Virus record (IMG/VR): IMGVR_UViG_3300012016_000004
Coordinates: 1 to 64,000 of that record
Source of the DNA: a virus
Taxonomy: Duplodnaviria; Caudoviricetes
Length of the DNA: 64,000 nt
Direction: 5' to 3' (one strand)
The translations under genes and the position numbers were made by a program. Numbering within the stretch: position 1 is the stretch's first letter; every line of letters begins with the position of its first letter. This document shows positions 1 through 9,807 of this stretch, piece by piece. The notes beneath the pieces are model-generated. The model was not told the origin of the DNA. It saw nothing but the letters and a program-made list of their open reading frames with translations, and searched no databases.

Positions 1-45
1 CGAGAACGCGAGGCCGGCATACGCCCCGTTAGTCGCACTCCCGCC
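1..45 (-). other. Start of putative DGR variable region (VR1)
   Basis: Codons GGC GGG AGT GCG ACT AAC GGG GCG TAT GCC GGC CTC GCG TTC TCG fit adenine-mutated AAY codons alternating with fixed codons, within the LFGGxAxNGxxAG CLec motif. Confidence 0.7.
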
Positions 46-1275
46 GAACAAGACGGCCCTGATGCCAGTATTGGCAGTATAGTGATAGTCACACCAGTAG
101 GTGCTGCTACCACCACCGACTTCGCTGGCCATTATCTCGCCCTTGGCACCGAAGATGAGTGTCTTCGCGTAGCCTTCGGTAGCTTCACGACCGATATTGC
201 TCCACCCGCTGATGGAGGAGTCTCCGGCAGCGAACATGGTCGGATCATCGGTCACATATACTGGACGGACAGTGGCATCGGATTCCGGATAGACTCTGAT
301 GCCATCGGTAAACTCCCAAATATGGCCGAAAGGCAGCTCTATGCCTCTCCAGCGGTTGACGTGAACTTTGCTGTCACCAGTGGTCAGAGTCACGCCGTTG
401 TTCACATACTCGGAGGCGTTCTTAACCACCTCGCCGGAGTCATCGCCAAGCTCATTGGACGTACCGCAGAGAACGAACGGATTGTAACCGTTGAACTCAC
501 TCCAGTTGCTCACGTTGGAAACGCCGATACCAAGTCCACCTTGACGGAAGCCGTTGGCGTCACGTGCGGTGTTCACATCTGCCTGGGAGTCTCTGTTGGC
601 GTACTCTATCATATAGAGCCAAAACAGAGTCTTGCGCTGCAGGTAAGGGAGGATGTTCCACTGGGTGCTGCCGGACTTCCTGGCGCGGGCGGCATTGCGG
701 AATGCGGTCATCGAGATGCCGGTAGTAGGCTTCACTCCGGAGATGGAGCAGAGCTTGCCATTGCCGTCACGATAGGCTTCATAAGAAGCAACGTAGAACT
801 TCGGCACAAGGATGGCACCTTCGAACGGCTCAAGAGAGCAGAGTGCCATACGGTCACGGACTGTTCCGCTCGCCACTTGGTCCGGGAAGCGCCACCAAGA
901 GTCCGGCACTTCGACCATCACCTGGCCACGAGAGCCGTCGAGCGTGTGGTCGTTCCAACCTCCGGAGAGATACTCCACCACATTGCCGTTGTCATCCAGC
1001 AAGCATCCGCGCATAGCGTTCTGCACCGGCAGCTCCTGGTGGAGCTTGGTGCTGCCCACGCGAATCAATCCTTTCTGACCGGCAGTGTAACTCGGGTTGG
1101 TGTTCGTGCCAGTGAACCAGCGGACACCATAATACTTTTCATCACCGCCAAACATAGTGGCGGCATCGAAGGCACTCGGCTCACCCGTGGTCGGGTTGTA
1201 AAGCACGATGGCCTTTCCGGTCAGCAAATCCTTCGATTTGCCAACGGTCATTTTTGTTACATCTAAATCTGCCAT
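1..1275 (-). CDS. Tail adhesin/receptor-binding protein with C-type-lectin-like C-terminus, DGR target-like (3' end beyond window edge)
   Basis: Not in the ORF track. Hand translation from ATG 1275 stays open for 425 codons to base 1: MADLDVTK...YYGVRW...LHQELPVQNAMRGCLLDDNGNVVEYL...DGSRGQVMVEVP...RAVLFGGSATNGAYAGLAFS. Starts 28 nt after the tail gene stop. Confidence 0.85.
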   Translation of the reverse strand, partial: MADLDVTKMTVGKSKDLLTGKAIVLYNPTTGEPSAFDAATMFGGDEKYYGVRWFTGTNTNPSYTAGQKGLIRVGSTKLHQELPVQNAMRGCLLDDNGNVVEYLSGGWNDHTLDGSRGQVMVEVPDSWWRFPDQVASGTVRDRMALCSLEPFEGAILVPKFYVASYEAYRDGNGKLCSISGVKPTTGISMTAFRNAARARKSGSTQWNILPYLQRKTLFWLYMIEYANRDSQADVNTARDANGFRQGGLGIGVSNVSNWSEFNGYNPFVLCGTSNELGDDSGEVVKNASEYVNNGVTLTTGDSKVHVNRWRGIELPFGHIWEFTDGIRVYPESDATVRPVYVTDDPTMFAAGDSSISGWSNIGREATEGYAKTLIFGAKGEIMASEVGGGSSTYWCDYHYTANTGIRAVLFGGSATNGAYAGLAFS

Positions 1276-1303
1276 AATGTTTTATGAATAAAAGGTTACT
1301 TTA

Positions 1304-4300
1304 CTACGATAGTTTATATCCCCAGTAAGGGCCAAAGATGATGAAGTTAAAACTGCCTTCGTTTGGCGTTGTATCATCGTGCACATCCACACGGAAGTGG
1401 GTATAATCGCCTAACGTGTACTGATTAGTCACCGTAGCGATCAGAGCATAGTCGTTACTGTGTCCGGATGTATATCCATAACCACATACCATCATCATAC
1501 TCCCGCTCGGAATGATGGAGGAAAGAGCAGAGATGTCATAGATCCCCTCACTGACTCTCGTGATGATGAAAGGGTTGTTTTTCAACGAAGTTCCATAGCA
1601 GTTTCCTCCATCGCTCTTGTTCCAAATACTACCATTGATGGAACAGTTCGCAACAGTAGAGCCTCCCACGAACCTGCCCATAGCAAGAACAAGCGGGAAT
1701 CGGCCAAAGGCATTTTGGTTGATAAACTCCTGCTGTGAGAATCTCCCGGACAGTTCCCAGGCAGCATCAGTCCCACTCGAACTCGAAGATACCTTCACGC
1801 AGGTAAACTCTGCCCATTCTTCCGGCCTTACAATCGCATCATAACTGAACTGTGACCAAGAAATGCTTCCATCGCTTGATACACCAAATTTTTGGCACGA
1901 AATCTTGTAATTCTTATGAGTTCCAGCTTCTCCGGAATTGAACATTCTGATGACCTTGCCGATATGCTTAACATTCGCTTCAAGTGTGATTGTGCTCTCT
2001 GAAGAAACAGCTGGCAAGTAATAGATATTCGCGTCTTCAAAGCGTCCACTCGTAGCAGATGCGAGCTGAAGAACGCCAGTGAGGTTACCGGCTCCGGCAT
2101 AGAAAGAACCGTCCCTATACACACGGAACTTCGCATTGTTGGCACCGGCAAAGTTTTGTGCGCCGGCGAATATCATAGGCACTTCGTCAGCTCCAACCTT
2201 TCCATTCGTCATACCAGCGACAACGTGAGTATTATTGCTTCCCTTCACACCAATGACCTGGGACAAAACAACACCTTCTCCAATTTCCGTTGATGCGCCA
2301 TCTGGCATTGCATCCATCAGATATGCAAAGTCATCAGCCCTCACCTTCACGGCGCTGTCTATCGCATTTTCGAGAGATGCCCTCGATGAGAAATAACCAG
2401 TGATATAATTCCAACTATACGCGGCACCAGACTCGGTAACGATTGCAATGCTATCATTCCACGTGGCCGAATCAGTGTAATAGTTGATGGTCGCTAAAAA
2501 TGCTGTATAAGCCTGGTTATATGCTTGCAGAGCTGCGTAAACAGCTTGCTGAGATGCAGTACCGCTTGCGTTTGAGTATAGAGCAGCCGTGGCAATAAGG
2601 TTCGCATAGACCTGGGACTCATCCTGCTTCATCGTCACAAGCGACCGCTTCTCCACTGGCGAGATATAGCCGTCTGATGCCCACAACTCAAGGAAGCTCG
2701 TGTAGTCCTTCTGCGCGTTGGCGAGAAGCAACTGCTGAGCCTCATAGTACCGAGTGAACATACCGGACATAATAGTGCGGTCGAATCCCTCAGTCGAACC
2801 AGCATCGTACAGCTTCATACTCTGCAGATAGCTTCTGAGGTTATAGAACGCGGCCTTGAAGTCATCCATCCCGCGATACTTGAACAAGAGCTTGTTTCCG
2901 GCGAACGTCAGAAGGTAGTTGGCGAAAGACAGATGAACCTTCTCGCCTTCCGTATAGCCCAAACCGGCCACAATCTCCAGGGTGGTCTCAAACGAGCCGC
3001 TGGAGCCAGTGGATTCGAATCCCGGTTTACCGTTCACCTTCTCCCATTCCGTGCGAATATAGCCCTTCTCTGACTCATCCAGTACCTTGTCGGAGTTCAT
3101 CTTGCGAATTGCCTCCTGCGTGCTGGCAATCGATTCCTGGAGGGCCTCAATCGTATCGGCGTACAAGCCGTTGATGAACTCTGTCAGAGAGCTATCATCA
3201 GTGTACTTGACTTTCTTGGCCCAGTGAGCCTTGTTGAAGTTCACGGAGTCCTGCGTGGCAACAACGAGGTCACCGGTGGTGCATTCTGACGGAAGGTCGG
3301 CAGTAGCGATCTCCGGGCCGATAATCCACATATCCTTTGCGTGATAGTTGGCCGGCTTGACGATGTACAGAGATGCCTTTCCGTCAATCTCATCGAACAG
3401 CTGGTTTGGAATGTTCTGCTGAGCCCAGGAGAACGTTGGACTCTGCTCGGTTCCACCTTGTGTGTAGATGGCCGTCTTCATCGAGCCGATGCCACTCACA
3501 GCAGTACGGGCCGAGTTCAGCCACATATCTCCCACGTGCTCTTTCTTGGCCTCTGTTGTAGTCCAGGCGGCAGCAGGGTCAGAGCTTTGCACATAAGTCT
3601 CTGCCTTGCCATCAATCTGATTCTTTAGAGAATCGATGGCCGGCTGGTATGTATTCTGAATGAAGTCATTCAGCGTTGCGGTATCTACGTAGCTCAGAGG
3701 AGCGAACGTAGCAGGATTCGTGTTGATGCAGCGGTAGAAGTGATTCTGTTTGTAGGTCACACCACCCTGCGTAGTGTCTTCAGCCGGAATGAAGACGTCC
3801 CTAAGCTGGAGCTTTGACACGTTGTTGACGATCCAGGCATTCCACGTGACATATATGGCCGATTTGCCATCAATCTTGTCATAGACCTCCTGCGGAACTG
3901 TCTCATCGACAGACCAGGCGGTTCCGCTCCAAATAGCATCCTGGCCGGCCTTCACGCCGTTGATAGTGCTATTCGACGTGTTGTGCCAAATATCACCCTT
4001 GTGAGCAGCCTTGTCTTCGCCGGTAGTCCAGGCTGTCGAAGGGTCTGTAGCCTGGTACCACGTCTCGGCTTTCTTGTCAATGGAGTTGCGGATAGCCGTC
4101 AGGTTGCCGGAGTAGCCGTCCAGGAACGTGTTCAGTGCAGAATCGTCCGTATAGCGGACTTTCTTCGACCAGTGGGCCTTGTTGTAGGAGGTGGAGTCCG
4201 AAGATGCTACAAGCAGATCACCGACCTTCGCATCGGCAGGAACAAGGTCTGCAGTGAGGCCGCTCTCCATAATCCAAAGGTCATCCTTGTGATAGCACTT

Positions 4301-7300
4301 ACCATCGGCGCCGGCCGTATTCGGGATGGCAGTGTAGATGGTCTTCTTTCCATCAATCTTGTCAAACACGTCCTTCGGCACTGGGGTCTCCTCCCAGTAG
4401 TACGTGCTGGTGCTTTGGTCGTACCGATACACGGCAGTCGCGCCGGAAGACACACCGCTGACTGTCGAGTTGCCATTGTTCCACCAAATGTCTCCTACGT
4501 GCTGCTCGCGCACATCCGTGGGAGAAGTCCAACCGGAAGCCGGGTCTGTACTCTGAACGAATGTCTCGGCCTTCTTGTCGATGCTGGCCCTTACCGCCGC
4601 AATGTCGGAGGCGTACTCGCCTTCGATGAACGTCTGGACTGCCGACTGGGAAGCGGCATTTGCATAGTAGAACTGGCTGTTCTCAAGCAGAATCTCCTGG
4701 GCATCATAGTAGGTCGTGAAAAGAGAGGCCATATACTCCCGGTCATACCCCTCCGTGAAACCGTCATCATAGAGTTGCATACGGCGCAGGTAGTCTCTGA
4801 GGTTGAAGTACGCTGCATTGAAGCTATCCAAGCCGGTGTACTTGAACATAAGATTGTCCTGCCCTTCATTGAACTTCAGAATGTTCTGAGCGAATGACAG
4901 AGCGACCTGCTTTCCGGTTGCGTATCCGCTACGCTCCACAATGTCGAGAGTGCTGATATACGAGCCGTTGGCGCCCATATCATCCAGCGAAGGAAGGCCG
5001 TTCACGTTCTCCCACAGAGTACGGATATACGCCTTCTCCGTGGCATCGAAGACCTTGTCTGAATTCATCTTCTCCAGTACGGACTGGGTGGAGACCATCT
5101 GCGCCTCGAGAGCAGCGATGGCGTTCTCCATACCTTCCACGTCGAACTCTGATGCATCATTCAGAATGAGGATGCGCTGGGAATCCAGCAGTGTCGTGCC
5201 GTCTGTATCGTAGAGACGGAAGTCAATGTACTCCATTCCGCTGTTGATGGAAATCTGGCCGGAATAGGCCGTCTCAGCAGCCCCATCGATGGAATACTTC
5301 AGAACCTTCTCAGTTGTCTCGGCAGCTGCCTGGTTACCTACGATCTTGTACTTCTTGCAGGTAATAGTGGACGGAGTGATGGTGCCGCCCCACGTGCGCT
5401 TCACAACTGACACGGAAGGCTGAACCATATACAGAACGGCATCCTCACCCTTGATGAGACTCCAGTTATAATCGGACGGCGTTTGGCTGTCCTGCTCGTT
5501 CTCATCTACGTACTGACCGATGTAAGACTTGCCCTGGGAAACAGAGGTCGAGAAGTCCTCCGTACCATCCTGCGAGTTGGCATATGCTATATGCAGGTAG
5601 TACGTTGTTCCGTCCTCACCATCCTGGCCAGGAATACCTTGGTCACCATCTTCGCCCTTGAAGCGGCTCCAGGTGTAATCTGACGGGACTAACGAATCGA
5701 CCGGGTTGTAGTCCACATACGTTCCGATGTAGTCGGAAGGAGTTTCCGTCATCTGCTCGTCGGTAGGATTGGCAACCGGGCTGTACTTCACGTGGAAATA
5801 GGTCGTGCGTCCATCTTGACCGGCAGGGCCTTGAATACCCTGCTCACCCTTCGCACCGGTTATGCAGCAAGGGTCTGAGTAGTCCTCATCCCCGTCAGTG
5901 TACGTTGTGTGGGTGCGAGACCACATATACTTACCATTCACCCACGCCGGAGCCGTGGTGCTCCACTGGCCACCAATCAGCTGAGAAGACGATTCAGAAA
6001 GGTAGTATTCGACATCTACGCCGGCAATGCCGACACCATCATCGCCAGTAGAGCCCTTACCGCCGGTAACACATACCGGGTCGGTAGTGACAGAACTGGA
6101 GTCAGTGTACGTGATGACAGAGCGAGTCCAAATGTACTTGCCGTCCACCCACGTAGGAACAGTCGTTCCCCAGGAGCCTCCGCCAAGAGAGGTCGGTGAT
6201 GTGGACAAGTAGTATTCCTCCTCGATGGACTGGACACCCACGCCGGAGCCGCCGCCACGAACCTTGATGATGTTCATCGTGGTCTTTAACGTGGGGCAAT
6301 CTGTCTTTGTTGCGGTCACTTCTACTGTCGCATTGTCGGCTGTCAGACCAGTGACAGTGATGACGCCGTTGGCTACGGTGGCCGTACACCCGGTGCAGTT
6401 GAGCGAGAATGCCCATCCGCTTTGGAGCGAACCGCCATAGAAGACCTGGATAGCCGATGTGGGCAGGGCGCCAATCACCGTACCATCATAACGGCAAGCT
6501 ACACCCGCGTTCTCATTTGCAAGCAGGATGTTGTACGGAGTACGATTCTGAATCTCTGCGATGAGAGACGGATATTCAGTGAACTGAGCTAAGCCGGACG
6601 ATCCGGCGCCAATGACCACCTTACCCTTGATATGCACTCCATTCTCATCGAACTTGATGAACTGGGAGCCGTTTGGCAGTGACATATTCAGCTCGCCAGT
6701 CTGCAGGTCGAAGTAGTTTATGCCGTCGGATGCTACGATGCGGTCTGTCGTGATGCGCCCTGGCAGAACCTCCGTGTAGCCGTAGGTCTGAGCGAACGAG
6801 CGCGTTCCTTCAAACTCGCTATTGAGGATGCCCAGCAGCAGATGATAGTAGCCTGCAACCGACTCCATACCGATGGCCGTCTCCGACAGAATGAACTGGC
6901 CGGTGGTGCTGCTCTTACCGACCTTCGCGTACACATAATACTTCTTGTCAGTGTCGTTCAGATACTCGCTCACAAAGGCCGGGATGTCCCAGAAATGATA
7001 CTCTGCGGTATCGTGCTGGCTGCTCAACGTGGCAATCCCGATGGTCATGTGCTGGAGTATGCTTGCTCCGGAGGTCAGACCACCGGTGATGGCCAGCCGC
7101 TTGCTCACAGAATCGAATAGGATAGTGAAGTCGCTGTCCACGGTTATAGGCGACACCTTCGATGTGACAAAGCGGAACTGGAGACTTTCGTCCCCCGCGA
7201 TGAGCTGCATCGTCTGCACTGAAATCGGATTGATGGCCTCCGAGTAGTTCTCAATGGCCGCGGCCAGCATCTCCGCTGTCTCCTGGAGGTCACGCCAACG

Positions 7301-8851
7301 GCGCTTAGTGAACTGAATGGATTCCTGCACACGGCTGTCACGGGTCACTTCCTCTGCCTTATACTCATTGAGCTCCGTGGCGATGGAGGATGTGACCGTG
7401 GCATTCGAGAGCTGGAGCTCCGGATAGTGAGGCTTATTGACGTACTGCTTGATGCCGATGATGCGGATCAGCTCTGCTTCCGTCAAGAACTGGGTGTCCG
7501 AGAAAGAGACAATGCCTCCGAGGACAAGCCTTCCGGAGAGAACAGACCAACCAGCAGCAGCCCACCGACCGTCAAGTACGCCGTTGAATGAGAACCTGGG
7601 GTCTTCATTCTCGAACATGTACTTGACTGCCTGCTTGAACATGTCCCATGATGCGCCGGTGCGGGTCTGATTGTCGCAGATGTAGGAATCCGGCAGTGTG
7701 CATCCGAAGATAGCATACTCATCGCCGACAGCGGCCTTGAAGATGTCGTTCGGCATCGTCTGGCCGTCCAGCTCTGCTGGGACAATCTCGAACCGCCTGG
7801 TGGCATGGTCGTACTTGCTGAGGTCGAACTCCCGGCCGGCGAGCATGCCGGACTGGAAGATGACGGTCAGTGTCTCGCCCTCAATCATGTAGTTGTTATA
7901 GTCCAGAGCTGACGGGATGCTCGTATCAATGAAGTCGTACAGACCCTTGCTCGCATCTACAACCACCCATGACGAAACGGAGCCCACCCGCTTCGGGTAG
8001 CTCTCCGAGCAATCATAGCTATCCTCCGGAGCCAGTGATGAGAGTGTCTTATCGATTCTGCGGATGGACACGCCGTCATCATCCACGATGTATCTCCTGG
8101 CGCGGGATGCCACAAATCCTGGCTCTCCATCGAAGTGCTGGCCATCGTAGCTGAGTTCCTGCCCCTTCGGCAGAAGCAGTGTCTTGCTACCATATGTCGA
8201 GTAGTCAATGTTCCTCTCGCCGCCCTGAACGTACAGAATCTCAAAGGCCCGCGAGTTATCATAGTTCGACCGTCCAAGGCCGGGGATGAAGCCGTTCCCC
8301 TTTCCATAGGACAGCGCAATCGGATTCTCCTTGAACTTCTCCAGCTTGCCGAGACTGATGACCTTCCCTTCAATGGACCACTCTGTGTCAAACTCTTTCG
8401 CCACCATGTCCAGGGCCTCTGCGACCGTATTGTGGTTGAACGAAAGCAGCTTCTCGCCGGCCACGATGCAGCTGCCGACAGACCATCCGGAATCGCGCTG
8501 ATTCATGTTGGCCACGATCATCGTCAGGTACTCCTCCGGGCGTGATGCGGCCTCGAACTTTATGCGTCTGTCAACTGGATTCTTGAACCGATACAGAGAA
8601 AGTCTGCCGGAGTCAGCCTGCAATGTGAGGTCGTAGCTGAACTTCCTCGTGCCATTCTTCTTGAAGTTCGACGGCTTGAGCAAGTAATATGTCGTGCCGT
8701 CAAACACACAGTATGCGCCCACCGGGATGTTCAGATAGCCCTGGTACTCAAAGCTGAGATACAGAGCATCCTCTCCCATTATGCGCCGTGAGCGATAGGC
8801 TTTATCGTCAGGCTGAATCTCGATATACGAGCCGTTGAAATATATCTTCAT
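1304..8851 (-). CDS. Giant tail protein (baseplate hub/central fibre) with collagen-like and internal repeats
   Basis: 2515 aa directly after the Dit-like gene. N-terminus is of Bacteroidota tail-hub type; Gly-X-Y segments; repeated KAETxxQxxDP and KMNSDKV modules. Confidence 0.85.
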   Translation of the reverse strand: MKIYFNGSYIEIQPDDKAYRSRRIMGEDALYLSFEYQGYLNIPVGAYCVFDGTTYYLLKPSNFKKNGTRKFSYDLTLQADSGRLSLYRFKNPVDRRIKFEAASRPEEYLTMIVANMNQRDSGWSVGSCIVAGEKLLSFNHNTVAEALDMVAKEFDTEWSIEGKVISLGKLEKFKENPIALSYGKGNGFIPGLGRSNYDNSRAFEILYVQGGERNIDYSTYGSKTLLLPKGQELSYDGQHFDGEPGFVASRARRYIVDDDGVSIRRIDKTLSSLAPEDSYDCSESYPKRVGSVSSWVVVDASKGLYDFIDTSIPSALDYNNYMIEGETLTVIFQSGMLAGREFDLSKYDHATRRFEIVPAELDGQTMPNDIFKAAVGDEYAIFGCTLPDSYICDNQTRTGASWDMFKQAVKYMFENEDPRFSFNGVLDGRWAAAGWSVLSGRLVLGGIVSFSDTQFLTEAELIRIIGIKQYVNKPHYPELQLSNATVTSSIATELNEYKAEEVTRDSRVQESIQFTKRRWRDLQETAEMLAAAIENYSEAINPISVQTMQLIAGDESLQFRFVTSKVSPITVDSDFTILFDSVSKRLAITGGLTSGASILQHMTIGIATLSSQHDTAEYHFWDIPAFVSEYLNDTDKKYYVYAKVGKSSTTGQFILSETAIGMESVAGYYHLLLGILNSEFEGTRSFAQTYGYTEVLPGRITTDRIVASDGINYFDLQTGELNMSLPNGSQFIKFDENGVHIKGKVVIGAGSSGLAQFTEYPSLIAEIQNRTPYNILLANENAGVACRYDGTVIGALPTSAIQVFYGGSLQSGWAFSLNCTGCTATVANGVITVTGLTADNATVEVTATKTDCPTLKTTMNIIKVRGGGSGVGVQSIEEEYYLSTSPTSLGGGSWGTTVPTWVDGKYIWTRSVITYTDSSSVTTDPVCVTGGKGSTGDDGVGIAGVDVEYYLSESSSQLIGGQWSTTAPAWVNGKYMWSRTHTTYTDGDEDYSDPCCITGAKGEQGIQGPAGQDGRTTYFHVKYSPVANPTDEQMTETPSDYIGTYVDYNPVDSLVPSDYTWSRFKGEDGDQGIPGQDGEDGTTYYLHIAYANSQDGTEDFSTSVSQGKSYIGQYVDENEQDSQTPSDYNWSLIKGEDAVLYMVQPSVSVVKRTWGGTITPSTITCKKYKIVGNQAAAETTEKVLKYSIDGAAETAYSGQISINSGMEYIDFRLYDTDGTTLLDSQRILILNDASEFDVEGMENAIAALEAQMVSTQSVLEKMNSDKVFDATEKAYIRTLWENVNGLPSLDDMGANGSYISTLDIVERSGYATGKQVALSFAQNILKFNEGQDNLMFKYTGLDSFNAAYFNLRDYLRRMQLYDDGFTEGYDREYMASLFTTYYDAQEILLENSQFYYANAASQSAVQTFIEGEYASDIAAVRASIDKKAETFVQSTDPASGWTSPTDVREQHVGDIWWNNGNSTVSGVSSGATAVYRYDQSTSTYYWEETPVPKDVFDKIDGKKTIYTAIPNTAGADGKCYHKDDLWIMESGLTADLVPADAKVGDLLVASSDSTSYNKAHWSKKVRYTDDSALNTFLDGYSGNLTAIRNSIDKKAETWYQATDPSTAWTTGEDKAAHKGDIWHNTSNSTINGVKAGQDAIWSGTAWSVDETVPQEVYDKIDGKSAIYVTWNAWIVNNVSKLQLRDVFIPAEDTTQGGVTYKQNHFYRCINTNPATFAPLSYVDTATLNDFIQNTYQPAIDSLKNQIDGKAETYVQSSDPAAAWTTTEAKKEHVGDMWLNSARTAVSGIGSMKTAIYTQGGTEQSPTFSWAQQNIPNQLFDEIDGKASLYIVKPANYHAKDMWIIGPEIATADLPSECTTGDLVVATQDSVNFNKAHWAKKVKYTDDSSLTEFINGLYADTIEALQESIASTQEAIRKMNSDKVLDESEKGYIRTEWEKVNGKPGFESTGSSGSFETTLEIVAGLGYTEGEKVHLSFANYLLTFAGNKLLFKYRGMDDFKAAFYNLRSYLQSMKLYDAGSTEGFDRTIMSGMFTRYYEAQQLLLANAQKDYTSFLELWASDGYISPVEKRSLVTMKQDESQVYANLIATAALYSNASGTASQQAVYAALQAYNQAYTAFLATINYYTDSATWNDSIAIVTESGAAYSWNYITGYFSSRASLENAIDSAVKVRADDFAYLMDAMPDGASTEIGEGVVLSQVIGVKGSNNTHVVAGMTNGKVGADEVPMIFAGAQNFAGANNAKFRVYRDGSFYAGAGNLTGVLQLASATSGRFEDANIYYLPAVSSESTITLEANVKHIGKVIRMFNSGEAGTHKNYKISCQKFGVSSDGSISWSQFSYDAIVRPEEWAEFTCVKVSSSSSGTDAAWELSGRFSQQEFINQNAFGRFPLVLAMGRFVGGSTVANCSINGSIWNKSDGGNCYGTSLKNNPFIITRVSEGIYDISALSSIIPSGSMMMVCGYGYTSGHSNDYALIATVTNQYTLGDYTHFRVDVHDDTTPNEGSFNFIIFGPYWGYKLS
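2720..5075 (-). repeat. Internal A-B-B-B-A protein repeat array in the tail protein
   Basis: KMNSDKVxDxxEKxYIRTxWExVNG at ~5075 and ~3105; KAET(F/W/Y)xQxxDP...H(V/K)GD(I/M)W...DxIDGK at ~4580, ~4080 and ~3615. Boundaries approximate. Confidence 0.8.
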
Positions 8852-8857
8852 ATTGCT

Positions 8858-9796
8858 TTACTCTCCTTCGTAGAAACAAAGTGTGACGGTGAACTGACAC
8901 CAGATTTGGTTGTCGCCAAGCTTTACAAACTCTCCGAGGCTTTGGCTCTGATAGTAGCATTTGTAGGTCTTCCCCTTCCAGGTCAGAACACGGTTGCCGT
9001 TGGATGCGAATACGCCCAGCAAGCGCAGGTACTCCTTCCAGAATAGACTGGGATTAACCGCCCGCATGAGAAGCGGAATAGAGACCGTTTTAGCCCCCTT
9101 TACGGCGGTGTTGTCCGGGTATAGCTGGCCTTTCATCCCAGTGGCCTTAATGATGAGATTGTCCTTGAGCGGAGCAGCCTTCGTAATCTCATTGTCTGTC
9201 CCATCCAAAACATAGCAGCCGAAGTCTCCGAAGTCCTCGCCGTCCAGCAGGAGGCCGGTCTTCTTCTTGCTGATGACAGCATGGCTCTCCTGGCCGTCGT
9301 CATAATCCGTGAACACAAGCAGGTCTTTGTTGAAGACCAACCTGCTTCCGTTGCGCCGGAAAGTCAGATAGGCCGGAGTGCCAACATACGGCTCCATCTC
9401 ATCGAGGAAGTCAAAGTCGAAAGCGAACTCCAACGTGAAGCATTCCAGAGGAGCAATCTTATCACGAGACACGAGTGACTTGTATCTCAGTGGCATGGTT
9501 ACGCCAATCTCCTTGAAATTGAACACATGGTAGCTCTCGCTCTGGAGCATGGCGATGAAGGCATCAGTGCCGGTCGGTGCCGTCCTGCAGAAGAAGTCCA
9601 CTCTGATGCTATCCTTCGGCTCCAAACTAACCGAAAGGAGGTCCGGCTCTATGCCAGGCTCCTCCGGCCATTCGATATACTGCGGTGTCTTGAGTCTCGG
9701 CCATACGACAACACCGTCAAAGCCACCTTCTGCTATTGCGATTCCGTAATTGACGAGGGCATCATTGCCATCGATTAACAGCCTTCCGGTTCTCAT
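8858..9796 (-). CDS. Distal tail (Dit-like) protein
   Basis: 312 aa between tape measure and tail hub; two similar halves (LLIDGND.../LLLDGED...). Confidence 0.6.
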   Translation of the reverse strand: MRTGRLLIDGNDALVNYGIAIAEGGFDGVVVWPRLKTPQYIEWPEEPGIEPDLLSVSLEPKDSIRVDFFCRTAPTGTDAFIAMLQSESYHVFNFKEIGVTMPLRYKSLVSRDKIAPLECFTLEFAFDFDFLDEMEPYVGTPAYLTFRRNGSRLVFNKDLLVFTDYDDGQESHAVISKKKTGLLLDGEDFGDFGCYVLDGTDNEITKAAPLKDNLIIKATGMKGQLYPDNTAVKGAKTVSIPLLMRAVNPSLFWKEYLRLLGVFASNGNRVLTWKGKTYKCYYQSQSLGEFVKLGDNQIWCQFTVTLCFYEGE

Positions 9797-9807
9797 CTCC
9801 AGTCCTC

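Noticed and set aside
82-1266. 394-aa plus-strand ORF
   Set aside because: Antisense shadow of the minus-strand tail adhesin (1-1275), which has recognisable motifs and fits the operon.
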